A program made the position numbers and the translations under genes. Shown in pieces: positions 61,675 through 64,000 of a stretch of 64,000 nucleotides of DNA. How positions within the stretch are numbered: the first letter of the stretch is position 1; every line of letters starts with the position of its first letter. Origin of the DNA: Candidatus Babeliales bacterium (GTDB lineage Bacteria > Babelota > Babeliae > Babelales > Vermiphilaceae); NCBI GenBank assembly GCA_963743635.1, contig CAVUQO010000003.1, positions 160,001-224,000 on the forward strand, in the 5' to 3' direction. Below the pieces are notes generated by a model. The model saw nothing but the letters and a program-made list of their open reading frames with translations. It did not search any database and was not told the origin of the DNA.

Positions 61675-62187
61675 CTATTCTTGCAGTAGGTGCTTTTTAA
61701 CTACGTGGTTACGGAGCGCTTGAAACTCACTAAATAAAATCGAGCATGTATTGCATCTAGATGTTCCGGATGGGGGCATCTTGTGGCAATTTAGAAGATG
61801 GGGACGGACATTATTTCTGTGAGTAGTCTTGCAAGTAGGGCATTCTGTAAACGTTGCTGGAATTGTAATAGGAGCTGGTTGCTGATTTTCTGCAACAGTT
61901 TTTACAGATGTCGTATTTGATTTGTTTTGGACTTCAAGGCATTGTTTTTTGGCATCTCCAGCCATAGCTGCTATTGCGGGAGCAGTCTCTAAAGATGTTT
62001 TCTCATTTACGCTATCGTTTTTTGCGCTTTGCTGGGCGGTTCCGTGTGCTGCTTGAGTTATTGCGCGAGAAAGAAGAAATAAAGGGTTTTCCTCTTCCGC
62101 AGGTCTTTTGCCGTTTGCATTCATAGCAAAACTTGCTTGTGAGGTTGATAGAGCGATACATAAAAATATAAGAGATAGATTTTTCAT
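61675..62187 (-). CDS. Exported protein with two C2H2-like fingers
   Basis: Signal SFA-MNA; CPTC...H...CH; CNTC...F...L..H....H. Confidence 0.8.
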   Translation of the reverse strand: MKNLSLIFLCIALSTSQASFAMNANGKRPAEEENPLFLLSRAITQAAHGTAQQSAKNDSVNEKTSLETAPAIAAMAGDAKKQCLEVQNKSNTTSVKTVAENQQPAPITIPATFTECPTCKTTHRNNVRPHLLNCHKMPPSGTSRCNTCSILFSEFQALRNHVVKKHLLQE

Positions 62188-62198
62188 AGTTTGTCCTA

Positions 62199-62350
62199 TT
62201 AATTATTATTATGATTGAGCATGAAAGCTAATGATAATGGATGAAAATTTGATTGTTGTTGAAGATCAGGTGCCGCTTGATCTTCGTATTGATTTTGAAC
62301 TTGATTGTTTTGAGTGGCGATTAAAAGTATCGCGGTTATGAGTATCTTTT

Positions 62351-62354
<4 letters not shown>
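62199..62354 (-). CDS. 51-aa exported peptide, below the ORF track cutoff
   Basis: GGAGG RBS, ATGA overlap with upstream stop; MKKILITAILLIATQ...HPLSLAFMLNHNNN. Confidence 0.6.

Positions 62355-64000
<1,646 letters not shown>

Overview
Bacterial DNA. A few housekeeping genes (rlmB-like, ftsQ-like/ftsA/ftsZ, pgeF, secA, hisS, cdsA, yraN, bamD, a GspE/PilB ATPase) are scattered among about 30 genes with N-terminal signal peptides. This gene style suggests an intracellular protist-associated bacterium such as Candidatus Dependentiae/Babelota (TM6); that is my inference, not a search result. (1) 1-20.2 kb: an array of exported fibre/adhesin paralogs built from phage tail-fibre-like modules behind a conserved pro-domain ending at a basic (KR/R) site, plus four Ig-like proteins. 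(2) 20.5-31.9 kb: an outer-membrane barrel-like gene, a thioredoxin fused to amphipathic repeats, signal-peptide-bearing glycosyl/methyltransferases and an Hsp20-like protein. (3) 32-64 kb: core genes interleaved with candidate host-directed effectors carrying eukaryotic-type linear motifs (PP1 RVxF, PP2A-B56 LxxIxE, 14-3-3 RSxSxP), often with a predicted mature N-terminus starting at Met, ending in a cluster of C2H2 zinc-finger genes, one with shuffled finger cassettes and Asn/Asp microsatellites. Intergenic DNA holds a REP-like palindrome family, some copies nested in each other. Single-base frameshifts in ftsA, ftsZ and the ATPase point to consensus indel errors, so pseudogene calls here are unreliable. 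I saw no rRNA, tRNA, CRISPR array, transposase or reverse transcriptase.
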